Shown piece by piece: positions 16,856 to 25,950 of a stretch of DNA of 36,668 bases. Origin of the DNA: Micrococcales bacterium (GTDB lineage: Bacteria; Actinomycetota; Actinomycetes; Actinomycetales; Dermatophilaceae); the NCBI GenBank assembly GCA_030452775.1, contig JAKDLQ010000001.1:1-36668 (forward strand), read 5' to 3'. The position numbers and the translations under genes are program-made. The notes beneath the pieces were generated by a model, which made no database searches, was not told the DNA's origin, and saw nothing but the letters and a program-made list of their open reading frames with translations. Positions within the stretch are counted from its first letter, which is position 1, and each line of letters opens with the position of its first letter.

Positions 16856-19486
16856 ATGCGTCGTGCACGTTCAGTCTCCGCGTTCCTACTCGCCGGCATC
16901 CTCGCCGCGGCGACCGTGCTGGTCGGATCGGCTCCGGCAGGAGCTGCGCCACCGGGCACGCCGCACCTCCCCGACCTGCAGACGGTCATCCCGACGGACT
17001 CCTTCTCCATCGTGCACACACCGACCGGGCGCGAGCTCCGCTACACGCACCTCATCTACAACTCGGGGCCCGGACCGCTGGAGATCCAGCCCACCTACGA
17101 CACCGTGACGGGCGGCTACCGCGGCACCCAGATGGTCTTCACCCACGACGCGAGCGGGCAATGGGCGCAGGTGAGTTCGAGGATGGTGCCCGACACCTTC
17201 GCGTTCCATGCCGAGCACGGCCACTTCCACTTCCCGCTGGCCACCTTCGGTCTCTACCAGGTCACGGCGTCGGGCGGCATCGGGCAACCCGTTGCCATGT
17301 CGCCCAAGGTCGGCTTCTGCATCGACGACTCCTACATCTACGACTCGACGGTGGAGCATGCGGGCACCTTCATCGGCACGCGGAGCAGCTGCGCCGATCC
17401 CACTGGGCTGCGCGGGATCTCGGTGGGTGGCGCCGACGAGTACGACTACCGCGACCCCGGCCAGGCCATCCCGATCCCGGCCGACCTGCAGGGGACGTAC
17501 TGGTTCAAGGCGGTCTCCGACCCCAACAACGACTTCGTCGAGGCCAACGAGAGCAACAACGAGACGGACGTGCGCATCACCATTGCCGGTGACACCGTGA
17601 CGACAGGAGCGGTGCGCCACACCGACTCGACCCCACCGGCGGTCACCATGACTGACCCCGCGGCCGACGCCGTGGTCCGAGGGACCGTGACGATCGCGGG
17701 CACGACTCCGGTGGCGAACCTAGCGCAGGTGAGTCTCGTCGTCGACGGGACGCCGAGGCCCGCGACGGCCGGGATCGCCGGCCTGAGCGCCGCGTGGGAC
17801 ACCGCCACCGTGACCGACGGCGTGCACTGGATCGCCCTTCGAGTGACCGATGCCCTGGGGCGGATCGGCACGTCGCCCGTCGTGCCCGTCACCGTGGCCA
17901 ACTCGTCGGCGCCACCATCCGTCGGAGCCCTGCGCGTCGTGGGCACGGACACCAGCGACGGTGCCGGCGCACGCACCGCTACGGTCAGGGGACTGACCGC
18001 GGGTGATCGGCTGCTTGCTCTCGTCGCCAGCGATGGTCCGAGGAGCGGTGGGCAGACGACGGCGATGAGCACACCGGGCCTGGCCTGGACCCTGGTCCGC
18101 CGGGCCAACTCCCGCCTCGGCACCTCCGACATCTGGGTCGCGGTCGTCCCGTCGGGCAAGACCTCCGTGTCCGGGACGGCCACGCCCGGGGGAGGTCATG
18201 CCTGGCATGCGTCGCTGACCATGCTGGCCTTCCGCGGTGCCCGCGGGATCGGCGCCTCAAGCACGGGCGGGGCCGCGTCTGGAGCGGCCGGCACCACCGT
18301 GACAACCACCACTCCCGGATCGCTGATCGTCGGGGTGGGCAACGACTGGGACGGCCCCTCCGCCAGGACCCTCCGGGTCGGCCAGGTCGCGACACACCAG
18401 TGGGTGGACACCTCGGTCGGCGACACCTTCTGGGCCCAGTCCGTCTCGGCCCCCGTCCCGGCCAGCGGGACCGTCGTGACGCTCGGCACGACCGCGCCGA
18501 CCGCGGACCAGTGGAACTTCGCCGCGGCGGAGGTGCAGGCGGCCACCGTGACTCCGCCGCCTCCGGACACCATCGCCCCCACCGCGACCCTCACGGACCC
18601 CGAGGCCGGGTCCACCGTCAAGGGCATCGTCACCCTGGGCGCGACCGCCGCGGATGCGCAGGGAGTCACCGCAGTGACCTTCTACGTCGACGGGGTCCAG
18701 CTCGGGTCTCCCGTCCTTGCACCGCCGTTCATGGCGACGTGGGACACGACGACGGTGACAAAGGGATCGCATGTCCTCACCGCACGAGCCAGGGACGCGG
18801 CTGGCAACGTCGGCACCTCCGCGCCCGTCAGCGTGACGGTGGACAACACCGGCCCGGCGCCCACACCGCTCTCCATCAAGACGCAGGTCTCCGCGGCCGG
18901 CCCGGGCGTACTGGCCGCGACCGGCCTGACGACACCACCAAACGCCACCACGCTCGTCGCCTTCGTCGCGACCGACGGCCCAGCCGCCGTATCGTCCCAG
19001 AGCGCCACGGTCTCCGGCGCCGGCGTCACGTGGAGCCTCGTCAAGCGGGCCAACACCCAGTTCGGCGACGCCGAGATCTGGACGGCTCGCACCACCGGTG
19101 CACTGACCAACGCGACAGTCACGGCGACACGAGCCGTCGCCGGCTTCGAAGGGTCCCTCACCGTCATGGCCTTCGCCGGTGCGAATGGCACCGGCGTCGC
19201 CGGTGCGGCTGGTGGGCTGTCGGGCGCCCCGTCGATCTATCTGCCCGCGGTGCAGGCCGGTTCGTGGGTGTTCGCCGTGGGCAACGACTGGGACCGGGCC
19301 GTGGCGAGGACGCCCGCCACACGTCAGGTCCTGCAGCATCAGGTCGTCGCGTCGACGGTCGGTGACACCTTCTGGGTCCAGTCGACGGCCGACCCCACGA
19401 TCGCTCCCGGACTCGTGACGATCTCTGACACCGCGCCGACGACCGACCAGTTCAACTACGCGGCCGTCGAGGTCAAGGCCGGTTGA
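16856..19486 (+). CDS. Secreted multidomain protein: signal peptide, lysyl-oxidase-like Cu-amine-oxidase domain, then 2 x [Ig-like domain + ~210-aa unknown domain]
   Basis: Signal MRRARSVSAFLLAGILAAATVLVGSAPAGA. LOX-like, aa ~36-245 (16961-17590): FHAEHGHFHF, PKVGFCIDD, GISVGGADEYDY, ANESNNETDV. Ig-like, aa 258-349 and 570-664. Repeated unknown module, aa 352-563 (17909-18544) and 668-876 (18857-19483). Confidence 0.85.
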   Translation: MRRARSVSAFLLAGILAAATVLVGSAPAGAAPPGTPHLPDLQTVIPTDSFSIVHTPTGRELRYTHLIYNSGPGPLEIQPTYDTVTGGYRGTQMVFTHDASGQWAQVSSRMVPDTFAFHAEHGHFHFPLATFGLYQVTASGGIGQPVAMSPKVGFCIDDSYIYDSTVEHAGTFIGTRSSCADPTGLRGISVGGADEYDYRDPGQAIPIPADLQGTYWFKAVSDPNNDFVEANESNNETDVRITIAGDTVTTGAVRHTDSTPPAVTMTDPAADAVVRGTVTIAGTTPVANLAQVSLVVDGTPRPATAGIAGLSAAWDTATVTDGVHWIALRVTDALGRIGTSPVVPVTVANSSAPPSVGALRVVGTDTSDGAGARTATVRGLTAGDRLLALVASDGPRSGGQTTAMSTPGLAWTLVRRANSRLGTSDIWVAVVPSGKTSVSGTATPGGGHAWHASLTMLAFRGARGIGASSTGGAASGAAGTTVTTTTPGSLIVGVGNDWDGPSARTLRVGQVATHQWVDTSVGDTFWAQSVSAPVPASGTVVTLGTTAPTADQWNFAAAEVQAATVTPPPPDTIAPTATLTDPEAGSTVKGIVTLGATAADAQGVTAVTFYVDGVQLGSPVLAPPFMATWDTTTVTKGSHVLTARARDAAGNVGTSAPVSVTVDNTGPAPTPLSIKTQVSAAGPGVLAATGLTTPPNATTLVAFVATDGPAAVSSQSATVSGAGVTWSLVKRANTQFGDAEIWTARTTGALTNATVTATRAVAGFEGSLTVMAFAGANGTGVAGAAGGLSGAPSIYLPAVQAGSWVFAVGNDWDRAVARTPATRQVLQHQVVASTVGDTFWVQSTADPTIAPGLVTISDTAPTTDQFNYAAVEVKAG

Positions 19487-19595
19487 GCCCGATTCCGTCG
19501 AGCGCGCGCGGCCCCACCCGGCCCGGGACAACGAGCATGACCCAGCATGGGCAGAAGACGCCACGTGCAGCGGTGCCCGCAGGTATTCTGCGCTG

Positions 19596-20183
19596 ATGTG
19601 GACTGAGGATTGGCCGCGGGTGTCTGCGCTGGATGCGCGTATCAACGACCTGATGGACCGGCTCGCTGGGGCCAGAGAGGATCAGGTCTTGCGGGCTGGT
19701 GTCCTGGAGGAGTACCTCGCCTTGGCGCGGGCCCACCAGGACACGGACGAGTGGTTCGACGTGGCGGCATACGGCGAGGAGCTTGCCGATGTCTATCTCG
19801 CGCTTGGCCAGGTGGACGACGCGGTGCGCACCGTCCGCGATGTGACCGCCGAGGGTTACGGTGAGGGAGCAGTGATGCTGTGCGAGTTGGCCGAGAAGCT
19901 GATGCGCACCGGGCACGAGGCCCAGGCCCGGCCGCTGTGGGCGCAGGCTCACAACGACTACCCCAGCGATGTGTGGGTGTACGTGCAGGCAGGGATCGAG
20001 TATGCCGACCTCGGCGACCACACGACCGCGTTGGGCTGGCTGACCGGCGGGCTCGAGCTGGCGCTGCGCACGGGGGATCCCGAGTCTGCGATCGAGCAGC
20101 TGTACCCGCTGCGGGCCACGGCGCTGGCCGCGCTGGGTCAAGAACCTGACCGGTTACAACACCAGGCTGCGAAGCAGGCATGA
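19596..20183 (+). CDS. Hypothetical alpha-helical (TPR-like) protein
   Basis: 195-aa ORF with helical-repeat-like composition (LALGQVDDAVRTVRDV..., YADLGDHTTALGWLTGGLELA). No family recognised. Confidence 0.6.
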   Translation: MWTEDWPRVSALDARINDLMDRLAGAREDQVLRAGVLEEYLALARAHQDTDEWFDVAAYGEELADVYLALGQVDDAVRTVRDVTAEGYGEGAVMLCELAEKLMRTGHEAQARPLWAQAHNDYPSDVWVYVQAGIEYADLGDHTTALGWLTGGLELALRTGDPESAIEQLYPLRATALAALGQEPDRLQHQAAKQA

Positions 20184-20213
20184 GCCACTGCCCAGAGCCT
20201 TGGCGGCTCGCGC

Positions 20214-20414
20214 TCAGCGCAGGGCGAACCCGCGGCTCGTCAACGCTTCCGTCAGGACGCCGAGGGCCTTCGGGCCCATCCCATGCAGCGCCGCGATCTC
20301 TGCCCGCGAAGCCCCGTCCAGATCCCGGAGGCGCGAATACCCGGCCGCGGTGAGGGCGCGAGTCGCAGGGGCGCTCAACCGCGGCAACCGGTCGTCATCG
20401 TCGTCAGTGCTCAT
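20214..20414 (-). CDS. Small helix-hairpin-helix (RpoA-CTD-like) DNA-binding protein
   Basis: 66 aa; LSAPATRALTAAGYSRLRDLDGASRAEIAALHGMGPKALGVL. Lies immediately downstream of the aminotransferase on the same strand. Confidence 0.7.
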   Translation of the reverse strand: MSTDDDDDRLPRLSAPATRALTAAGYSRLRDLDGASRAEIAALHGMGPKALGVLTEALTSRGFALR

Positions 20415-20420
20415 GACCGG

Positions 20421-21668
20421 TCATTCTGTCGGATCACTGCGCTGTCCGATCACTGTGCCATCATCCATCCCGTTCGGGTCCCGTTCGGCGGTCGGGGTGG
20501 TGTCTTGTGCCGTATGCAGGCTGGTCAGACGGCGGGCTGCCTCGACGAGGATCTCGTCCCGCTTGCAGAAGGCGAAGCGGATCAGCGTCCTGGCCGCATC
20601 CTTGTCGTCGCAGAAGACGGGGACGGGAACGCCGACGACGCCGGCCAGCTCGGGCAGCCGCCGGGCGAAGTCGAGGGCGTCGGTGGCCCCCAACGGCGCG
20701 GCGTCGGCAATGACGAAATAGGTCCCCTGCGGGCGCGAGACCGTCAGCCCGGATGCGGCCAGGGCCTCGCACAGCAGGTCTCGCTTGTGCTGCAGCGAGT
20801 CTCGCAGCCCGGCGTACACCTCGTCGCCGAGGCCGAGCGCGTGCGCGACGGCCGGCTGGAAGGGGCCGGATCCGACGAAGGTGAGGAACTGCTTGACCGT
20901 CCGGGCGGCCGTCACGGCCTCGGCCGGGCCGGTGAGCCAGCCGACCTTCCACCCGGTGGCCGAGAAGGTCTTGCCGGCTGAGGAGATCGTGATCGTCCGG
21001 TCGGCCATCCCGGGCAGGGTCGTCATCGGGATGTGCGGTATGCCGTCGAAGGTGAGGTGCTCGTAGACCTCATCGGTCACCACCCATGCATCGTGCTCAC
21101 GGGCGAACGAAGCGATCAGCTCGAGCTCCTCCCGGGTGAAGACCTTGCCCGTCGGGTTGTGCGGCGTGTTGAGCAGCACGGCCCGGGTCCGGGGCGAGAA
21201 GGCCGCCCGCAGGGAGGCCTCGTCGACGGCGAAGTCGGGGAAGCGCAGGACGCTCGTGCGTCGGGCGGCGCCGGCGAGGGCCACGACAGCGGCATACGAG
21301 TCGTAGTAGGGCTCGAAGGTCACCACCTCGTCGCCCGGCTCGCAGAGCGCGAGGATCACCGAGGCGATGGCCTCTGTGGCGCCGACGGTGACGAGGACCT
21401 CGGACCGAGGGTCGACCCGCAGCCCGTAGAAGCGTTGCTGGTGCGCCGCGATCGCCTCGAGCAGCTCGGGGACGCCGGCCCCCGGGGGGTACTGGTTGCG
21501 CCCGCCGTCGATGGCGGCCTTGGCGGCCTCGAGCATCGAGGCCGGGCCGTCGGTGTCCGGGAAGCCCTGGCCGAGGTTGATGCTGCCGGTCCGTCCGGCG
21601 AGGGCAGACATCTCGGCGAAGATGGTCTCGCCGAACGGGCGCATCCGGGTGATCAGGGGCGAGTTCAT
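20421..21668 (-). CDS. Class I/II PLP-dependent aminotransferase (DapC/kynurenine-aminotransferase-like)
   Basis: INLGQGFPD, NTPHNPTGKVF, SSAGKTFSATGWKVGW (PLP lysine). Confidence 0.9.
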   Translation of the reverse strand: MNSPLITRMRPFGETIFAEMSALAGRTGSINLGQGFPDTDGPASMLEAAKAAIDGGRNQYPPGAGVPELLEAIAAHQQRFYGLRVDPRSEVLVTVGATEAIASVILALCEPGDEVVTFEPYYDSYAAVVALAGAARRTSVLRFPDFAVDEASLRAAFSPRTRAVLLNTPHNPTGKVFTREELELIASFAREHDAWVVTDEVYEHLTFDGIPHIPMTTLPGMADRTITISSAGKTFSATGWKVGWLTGPAEAVTAARTVKQFLTFVGSGPFQPAVAHALGLGDEVYAGLRDSLQHKRDLLCEALAASGLTVSRPQGTYFVIADAAPLGATDALDFARRLPELAGVVGVPVPVFCDDKDAARTLIRFAFCKRDEILVEAARRLTSLHTAQDTTPTAERDPNGMDDGTVIGQRSDPTE

Positions 21669-21694
21669 GGGGCGACCCTACTCAGGATCGATGT

Positions 21695-23608
21695 TCAGGA
21701 TCCCAGGCCGCAGGCGGTGATCCGGTAGAGGGTGTAGTCGCCTGCCGTCGCGACCTTCTCCAGCCCGGCGACCCGATCGAGGTGGAAGAGGCCGGAGGTC
21801 CGCTCCGGGTGGTCGAGCCAGTAGACGTGCGGTGAGTCGATGGCGTAGCGGATGTTGTGCCGGCGCAGTGCGGCGCAGACCTCCGGCCGGGTCGTCATCT
21901 CATCGAAGCCGGCGCCGATCAGTCCGTTGTCGCCTGAGGACAGGACGGGGATGGAGCGATAGAAGGTGTTGGTGTCGAAGAGGGCGTACATGAGCGGCGA
22001 GCCGTTCTCGGGGCGTCCGACGACGCCGGCGCCCGGGGGGATCAAGGCCGCGAGCTCGCCCATCGAGGCCTGCGCGGCGCGGCTGGCGATGACGCGCTCG
22101 GGGAAGCGCGGGTAGAAGAAGTAGTGCAGCACCGCAGAGCGCGCGCCGGCGTCCGCGACGACCGTGCCGAGCGGGATGGCGGCCAGGGCGAGGAGCGCAG
22201 CGATCGTCCGGCGCCGTCCGGTCCCCGGGACCCATTGCAGGGCACGCTCGAGCACGGATCGCAGGGCCGGTGCGGCAGCAGCGACGATGACGACGCCGGG
22301 CACGGCCGCGAGCGAGGCGAGCCGGACCTTGTCGTTGTACCAGTAGCCGGTGAGCAGGTGGGTCCATGTCGCGGTGGAGGACGCGGCAAGCAGGTAGAGC
22401 GTGACGCAGGCGAGCCACATGCCGATGACCGGCAGCGCCACCCGGGCCCGGACGACGATCCAGCCGATCCCGATGAGCAGCAGCACGAGCAGGCCCCAGA
22501 GGTAGGTGTAGATCTGGAGCCTGCCGCCGATGATCTGCCCCACCGCTTCCCAGAGCGGGATCGCCTGCCACGTGTAGGACTGGGTGGAGGCGATGCTCGC
22601 CGACACCATCGGCGCGGCGACGACGCCCGCGGCAAGCACGACGAGGGCGATCGCGAGATCCCGGGCGACGCGGCGCCACGAGTGATGCCCGAGCACGCCG
22701 GCGCGCACCCGTGAGCTGAGGTACCAGGCGATGGCGAAGACGACGAGGGCGAAGAGGGCGTTGGGCTGGATGAGCGCCAGGCCCGGCAGCGTGGCGGCGA
22801 ACGCCAGCACGTGCGACGCCGCCCGCGTCCGGGCGGCCTGGAGCATGAGGACGAGCGCGGCCGGGGTCATCGCCGTGCCCATGAGGTTGGGCCATAGGAC
22901 GCCCCACCCCAGCAGGAGGGTCGGGAAGGCCACGAACGCCGCGGAGGCGAACCCGGCGGCATACGTCACGAGGCGTGAGGTGGTGAGGGCGTGGCGCACG
23001 AGGGCCACGCAGCCGATCGGCCACACGACCGCGGCGAGGAAGATCGCGCCCACGTTGGTCACGGCGATGATCGGGCTGCCGACGCCGAGCATCGCCGTCG
23101 CCACCCATGCATGGAAGCCGTTGGGGTAGAACGACGGGTTGAGCATCGAGAAGTCGCCGGTGTCGAGGAAGAGGCGGATCCGGTTGAGGTGGAAGACCGC
23201 GTCCGGGCTGTCGACGAGCTCGTCCGGGCGGGCGATGACGGGCAGGATCGTCACGAGGGCGATCCCGATGCCGATGGCGCAGGCCACGACGACATCGAGC
23301 CGCGGCCGCCCGAGCAGTCGACGCGCCGGGGTGATGTCCTCGTCGTGGGCGCCGAGCACGCGGGCCACGAGCCAGCCGGCGCCGGCGAACGCGAGGGTGC
23401 TGACGATGACGAGCAGCCATGACCAGCGCAGTCCGATGAGGGCGGCGACGTTGGGCGCCACGGCGAGCACCGTCGCCGTGACGACGGGGGAGGCCGCGAC
23501 CGCCTCGAGCCCGCGGGCGCCGAGCCAGCGCAGGACGAGCCACCCCGGCAGGAACGTCAGGAGCGCGAAGAAGGCGAAGACCGGGATCGTCTCGGTCCAC
23601 GTCGTCAT
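21695..23608 (-). CDS. Large polytopic membrane protein with a C-terminal soluble domain (DUF6541/GT-C-like actinobacterial family)
   Basis: ORF 21695..24091 trimmed to ATG 23608 (MTTWTETIPVFAFFALLTF), preceded by aggagc. Many TM segments. The upstream 161 codons are Arg/Pro-rich and not protein-like. Confidence 0.8.
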   Translation of the reverse strand: MTTWTETIPVFAFFALLTFLPGWLVLRWLGARGLEAVAASPVVTATVLAVAPNVAALIGLRWSWLLVIVSTLAFAGAGWLVARVLGAHDEDITPARRLLGRPRLDVVVACAIGIGIALVTILPVIARPDELVDSPDAVFHLNRIRLFLDTGDFSMLNPSFYPNGFHAWVATAMLGVGSPIIAVTNVGAIFLAAVVWPIGCVALVRHALTTSRLVTYAAGFASAAFVAFPTLLLGWGVLWPNLMGTAMTPAALVLMLQAARTRAASHVLAFAATLPGLALIQPNALFALVVFAIAWYLSSRVRAGVLGHHSWRRVARDLAIALVVLAAGVVAAPMVSASIASTQSYTWQAIPLWEAVGQIIGGRLQIYTYLWGLLVLLLIGIGWIVVRARVALPVIGMWLACVTLYLLAASSTATWTHLLTGYWYNDKVRLASLAAVPGVVIVAAAAPALRSVLERALQWVPGTGRRRTIAALLALAAIPLGTVVADAGARSAVLHYFFYPRFPERVIASRAAQASMGELAALIPPGAGVVGRPENGSPLMYALFDTNTFYRSIPVLSSGDNGLIGAGFDEMTTRPEVCAALRRHNIRYAIDSPHVYWLDHPERTSGLFHLDRVAGLEKVATAGDYTLYRITACGLGS

Positions 23609-23621
23609 CGGCGGGCTGCTC

Positions 23622-23649
23622 CTGCTGGTGTGGTCATGCTGGTGTGGTC
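23622..23649. repeat. Tandem duplication of a 14-nt unit (Ntgctggtgtggtc x2) directly upstream of the SD of the membrane-protein gene
   Basis: cctgctggtgtggtc atgctggtgtggtc; read directly. Confidence 0.8.
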
Positions 23650-23978
23650 GCCGCGAGCGGCGGAGGGGCTCGGGTCCATTGTGGCGGTCGGCGTTGATTT
23701 CGCCGGGAGCCGGATCTGCGCGTACCATGGGCCGCGGCGTCGTGTGCTCGTCGCACGGTGCCGTAATTCGCGTGTCTTCTTCCGGCCGGCTTCCTCGTGG
23801 AGCGTAGCGGCCGGGTCGCTTCACGGCAGTCCCACTGGCCCTCGGGTCGCGGGCGGGGTGCGTCAAGACACCAGGTGTGAGGCCGTATGCCGCTGTGCTC
23901 GGTGGGTGTCTTCCCGCGGGCCGGCAGGGTGATCGGTCGAACAGACAACTGACAACAATCGAACCAGGAGGACACGGC

Positions 23979-25031
23979 ATGGCCGTCGTCACCATGCGCC
24001 AGCTCCTCGAGAGCGGCGTGCACTTCGGGCACCAGACCCGTCGGTGGAACCCCAAGATGAAGCGCTTCATCATGACCGAGCGCAACGGCATCTACATCAT
24101 CGACCTCCAGCAGTCGCTGACCTACATCAACAACGCGTACGAGTTCGTCAGGGAGACCGTTGCCCACGGCGGCACCATCCTGTTCGTCGGCACCAAGAAG
24201 CAGGCTCAGGAGCCGGTCGCCGAGCAGGCGACGCGCGTCGGGATGCCCTACGTCAACCACCGGTGGCTCGGTGGCATGCTGACCAACTTCCAGACGATCT
24301 CCAAGCGGCTCACGCGGCTGAAGGAGCTCGAGGAGCTCGACTTCGACGACGTGGCCGGCTCCAGCTACACGAAGAAGGAGCTGCTCATCCTGCGCCGCGA
24401 GAAGGACAAGCTCGAGAAGACCCTCGGCGGTATCCGCTCGATGTCCAAGGTGCCCTCGGCTGTCTGGGTGGTCGACACGAAGAAGGAGCACCTCGCCGTC
24501 GACGAGGCTCGCAAGCTCGGCCTGCCGGTCATCGCGATCCTCGACACGAACTGCGACCCGGACGAGGTCGACTACAAGGTCCCAGGCAACGATGACGCGA
24601 TCCGTTCCGTCGCGCTGCTGACCCGGGTGGTCGCCGATGCCGTCGCCGACGGACTGGTCCAGCGCTCGTCCGGCAGGTCCGGTTCAGACGCCGTCGAGGA
24701 GCCGCTGACCGAGTGGGAGCGCGAGCTCTACGCCGATGCCGCTGCTGCGGCCGAGGCGCCTGCTGCGACCGAGGCGCCTGCTGCGACAGAAGCCCCTGTG
24801 GCTGAGACGCCTGCTGCGGCCGAGACGCCGGCGGGTCCCGAGGCGCCTGCTGCGACCGAGGCCCCTGCTGCGGCTCCCGAGGCGCCTGCTGCGACCGAGG
24901 CGCCTGCGGCTCCCGAGGCGCCGGCGGCCGAGGTCCCCCTCGTCGTCGAACCATCGGTCGCCGAGGCTCCGGTTGCTGCGGAGGTCCCGGCTGCGGCCGA
25001 GGCGCCGGCTGACGTCCCAGAGCAGTCCTGA
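23979..25031 (+). CDS. rpsB: 30S ribosomal protein S2 with an Ala/Pro/Glu-rich repeat tail
   Basis: Within ORF 23877..25031; ATG 23979 after caggagg. [27 protein letters not shown] is canonical S2. Confidence 0.95.
   Translation: MAVVTMRQLLESGVHFGHQTRRWNPKMKRFIMTERNGIYIIDLQQSLTYINNAYEFVRETVAHGGTILFVGTKKQAQEPVAEQATRVGMPYVNHRWLGGMLTNFQTISKRLTRLKELEELDFDDVAGSSYTKKELLILRREKDKLEKTLGGIRSMSKVPSAVWVVDTKKEHLAVDEARKLGLPVIAILDTNCDPDEVDYKVPGNDDAIRSVALLTRVVADAVADGLVQRSSGRSGSDAVEEPLTEWERELYADAAAAAEAPAATEAPAATEAPVAETPAAAETPAGPEAPAATEAPAAAPEAPAATEAPAAPEAPAAEVPLVVEPSVAEAPVAAEVPAAAEAPADVPEQS
24735..25016 (+). repeat. In-frame degenerate 18-nt tandem repeats (gaggcgcctgctgcgacc; EAPAAT-like) forming the ~95-aa S2 tail
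   Basis: [64 protein letters not shown]... Confidence 0.85.
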
Positions 25032-25090
25032 ATCCGAGACGACAGTCATTTCCCCAGTCACGTCCCCTGACGAAGAGAGCGAAAGAGAGC

Positions 25091-25921
25091 ATGGCGAACT
25101 ACACCGCCGCTGACATCAAGGCGCTGCGCGAGCAGACCGGCGCCGGCATGATGGACGTCAAGAAGGCCCTCGAGGAGGCCGATGGCGACCGCGTCAAGGC
25201 CGTCGAGATCCTGCGCGTCAAAGGCCTCAAGGGCGTCACCAAGCGGGAGGGCCGCTCGGCCCAGAACGGACTCGTGACCGCGGCGGCCGACGATGGCGCC
25301 GGCACCCTGGTCGAGGTCAACTGTGAGACGGACTTCGTCGCCAAGAGCGAGAGGTTCATCGCGCTCGCCGACCAGGTCTTGACCCAGGCCGTCGATGCCA
25401 AGGCCACCGACGCCGACCAGTTGCTCGCGAGCCAGCTGCCGGACGGCAGGACCGTCCAGGAGCTGCTCGACGAGACCGGCGCCACCATCGGCGAGAAGAT
25501 CGAGGTGCGCCGCCTCGCTCGCCTCGAGGGTGGCAGGGTCGTGTCCTACCTGCACAAGACGAGCCCCGACCTGCCCGCTCAGATCGGCGTTCTCGTCGCG
25601 ATGGACGGCGGCGAGGAGCGGGCCGATCGTGACGTCGCGATGCATGTCGCCGCGTTCTCGCCCACCGCGTTGGTCCGCGAGGACGTCCCTGCCGAGACGG
25701 TCGAGAACGAGCGTCGACTCGCCGAGGCGACCGCCAAGGAGGAGGGCAAGCCGGAGGCCGCCCTTCCGCGCATCATCGAGGGCCGGGTCAACGGCTACTT
25801 CAAGGAGAACGTCCTGCTCGAGCAGCCGTTCGCCAAGGAGCCGAAGAAGACCGTGAGCAAGGTCCTCGACGAGGCGGGCGCCACGGCCACGGCGTTCGCG
25901 CGCTTCCGCGTCGGCCAGTGA
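25091..25921 (+). CDS. tsf: Elongation factor Ts
   Basis: MANYTAADIKALREQTGAGMMDVKKALEEADGD is the canonical EF-Ts N-terminus. Confidence 0.95.
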   Translation: MANYTAADIKALREQTGAGMMDVKKALEEADGDRVKAVEILRVKGLKGVTKREGRSAQNGLVTAAADDGAGTLVEVNCETDFVAKSERFIALADQVLTQAVDAKATDADQLLASQLPDGRTVQELLDETGATIGEKIEVRRLARLEGGRVVSYLHKTSPDLPAQIGVLVAMDGGEERADRDVAMHVAAFSPTALVREDVPAETVENERRLAEATAKEEGKPEAALPRIIEGRVNGYFKENVLLEQPFAKEPKKTVSKVLDEAGATATAFARFRVGQ

Positions 25922-25950
25922 GGGCCTGAGGCCACACCACGCACGAGACC

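Noticed and set aside
18257-19645. 462-aa minus-strand ORF, plus several 130-320-aa ORFs overlapping 16886-19365
   Set aside because: All overlap the 876-aa exoprotein gene, which has a signal peptide, domain motifs and an internal duplication. The alternatives are Arg/Gly-rich with no motifs.
21900-23600. 566-aa minus-strand ORF in an alternative frame of the membrane-protein gene
   Set aside because: It is Arg/Pro/Gly/His-rich nonsense. The frame 21695..23608 gives regular TM helices and a plausible soluble domain.
23609-24091. 161-codon N-terminal extension of ORF 21695..24091
   Set aside because: The extension is not protein-like, runs antisense into rpsB, and an SD plus ATG at 23608 begins the hydrophobic protein.
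3260-25016. Short tandem repeats as a possible CRISPR array or VNTR locus
   Set aside because: All repeat tracts (3260-3307, 3437-3484, 4166-4189, 7128-7169, 24735-25016) are contiguous, lack spacers, and are in frame inside rpsP, rimM, rplS and rpsB. They are coding slippage repeats, not CRISPR.
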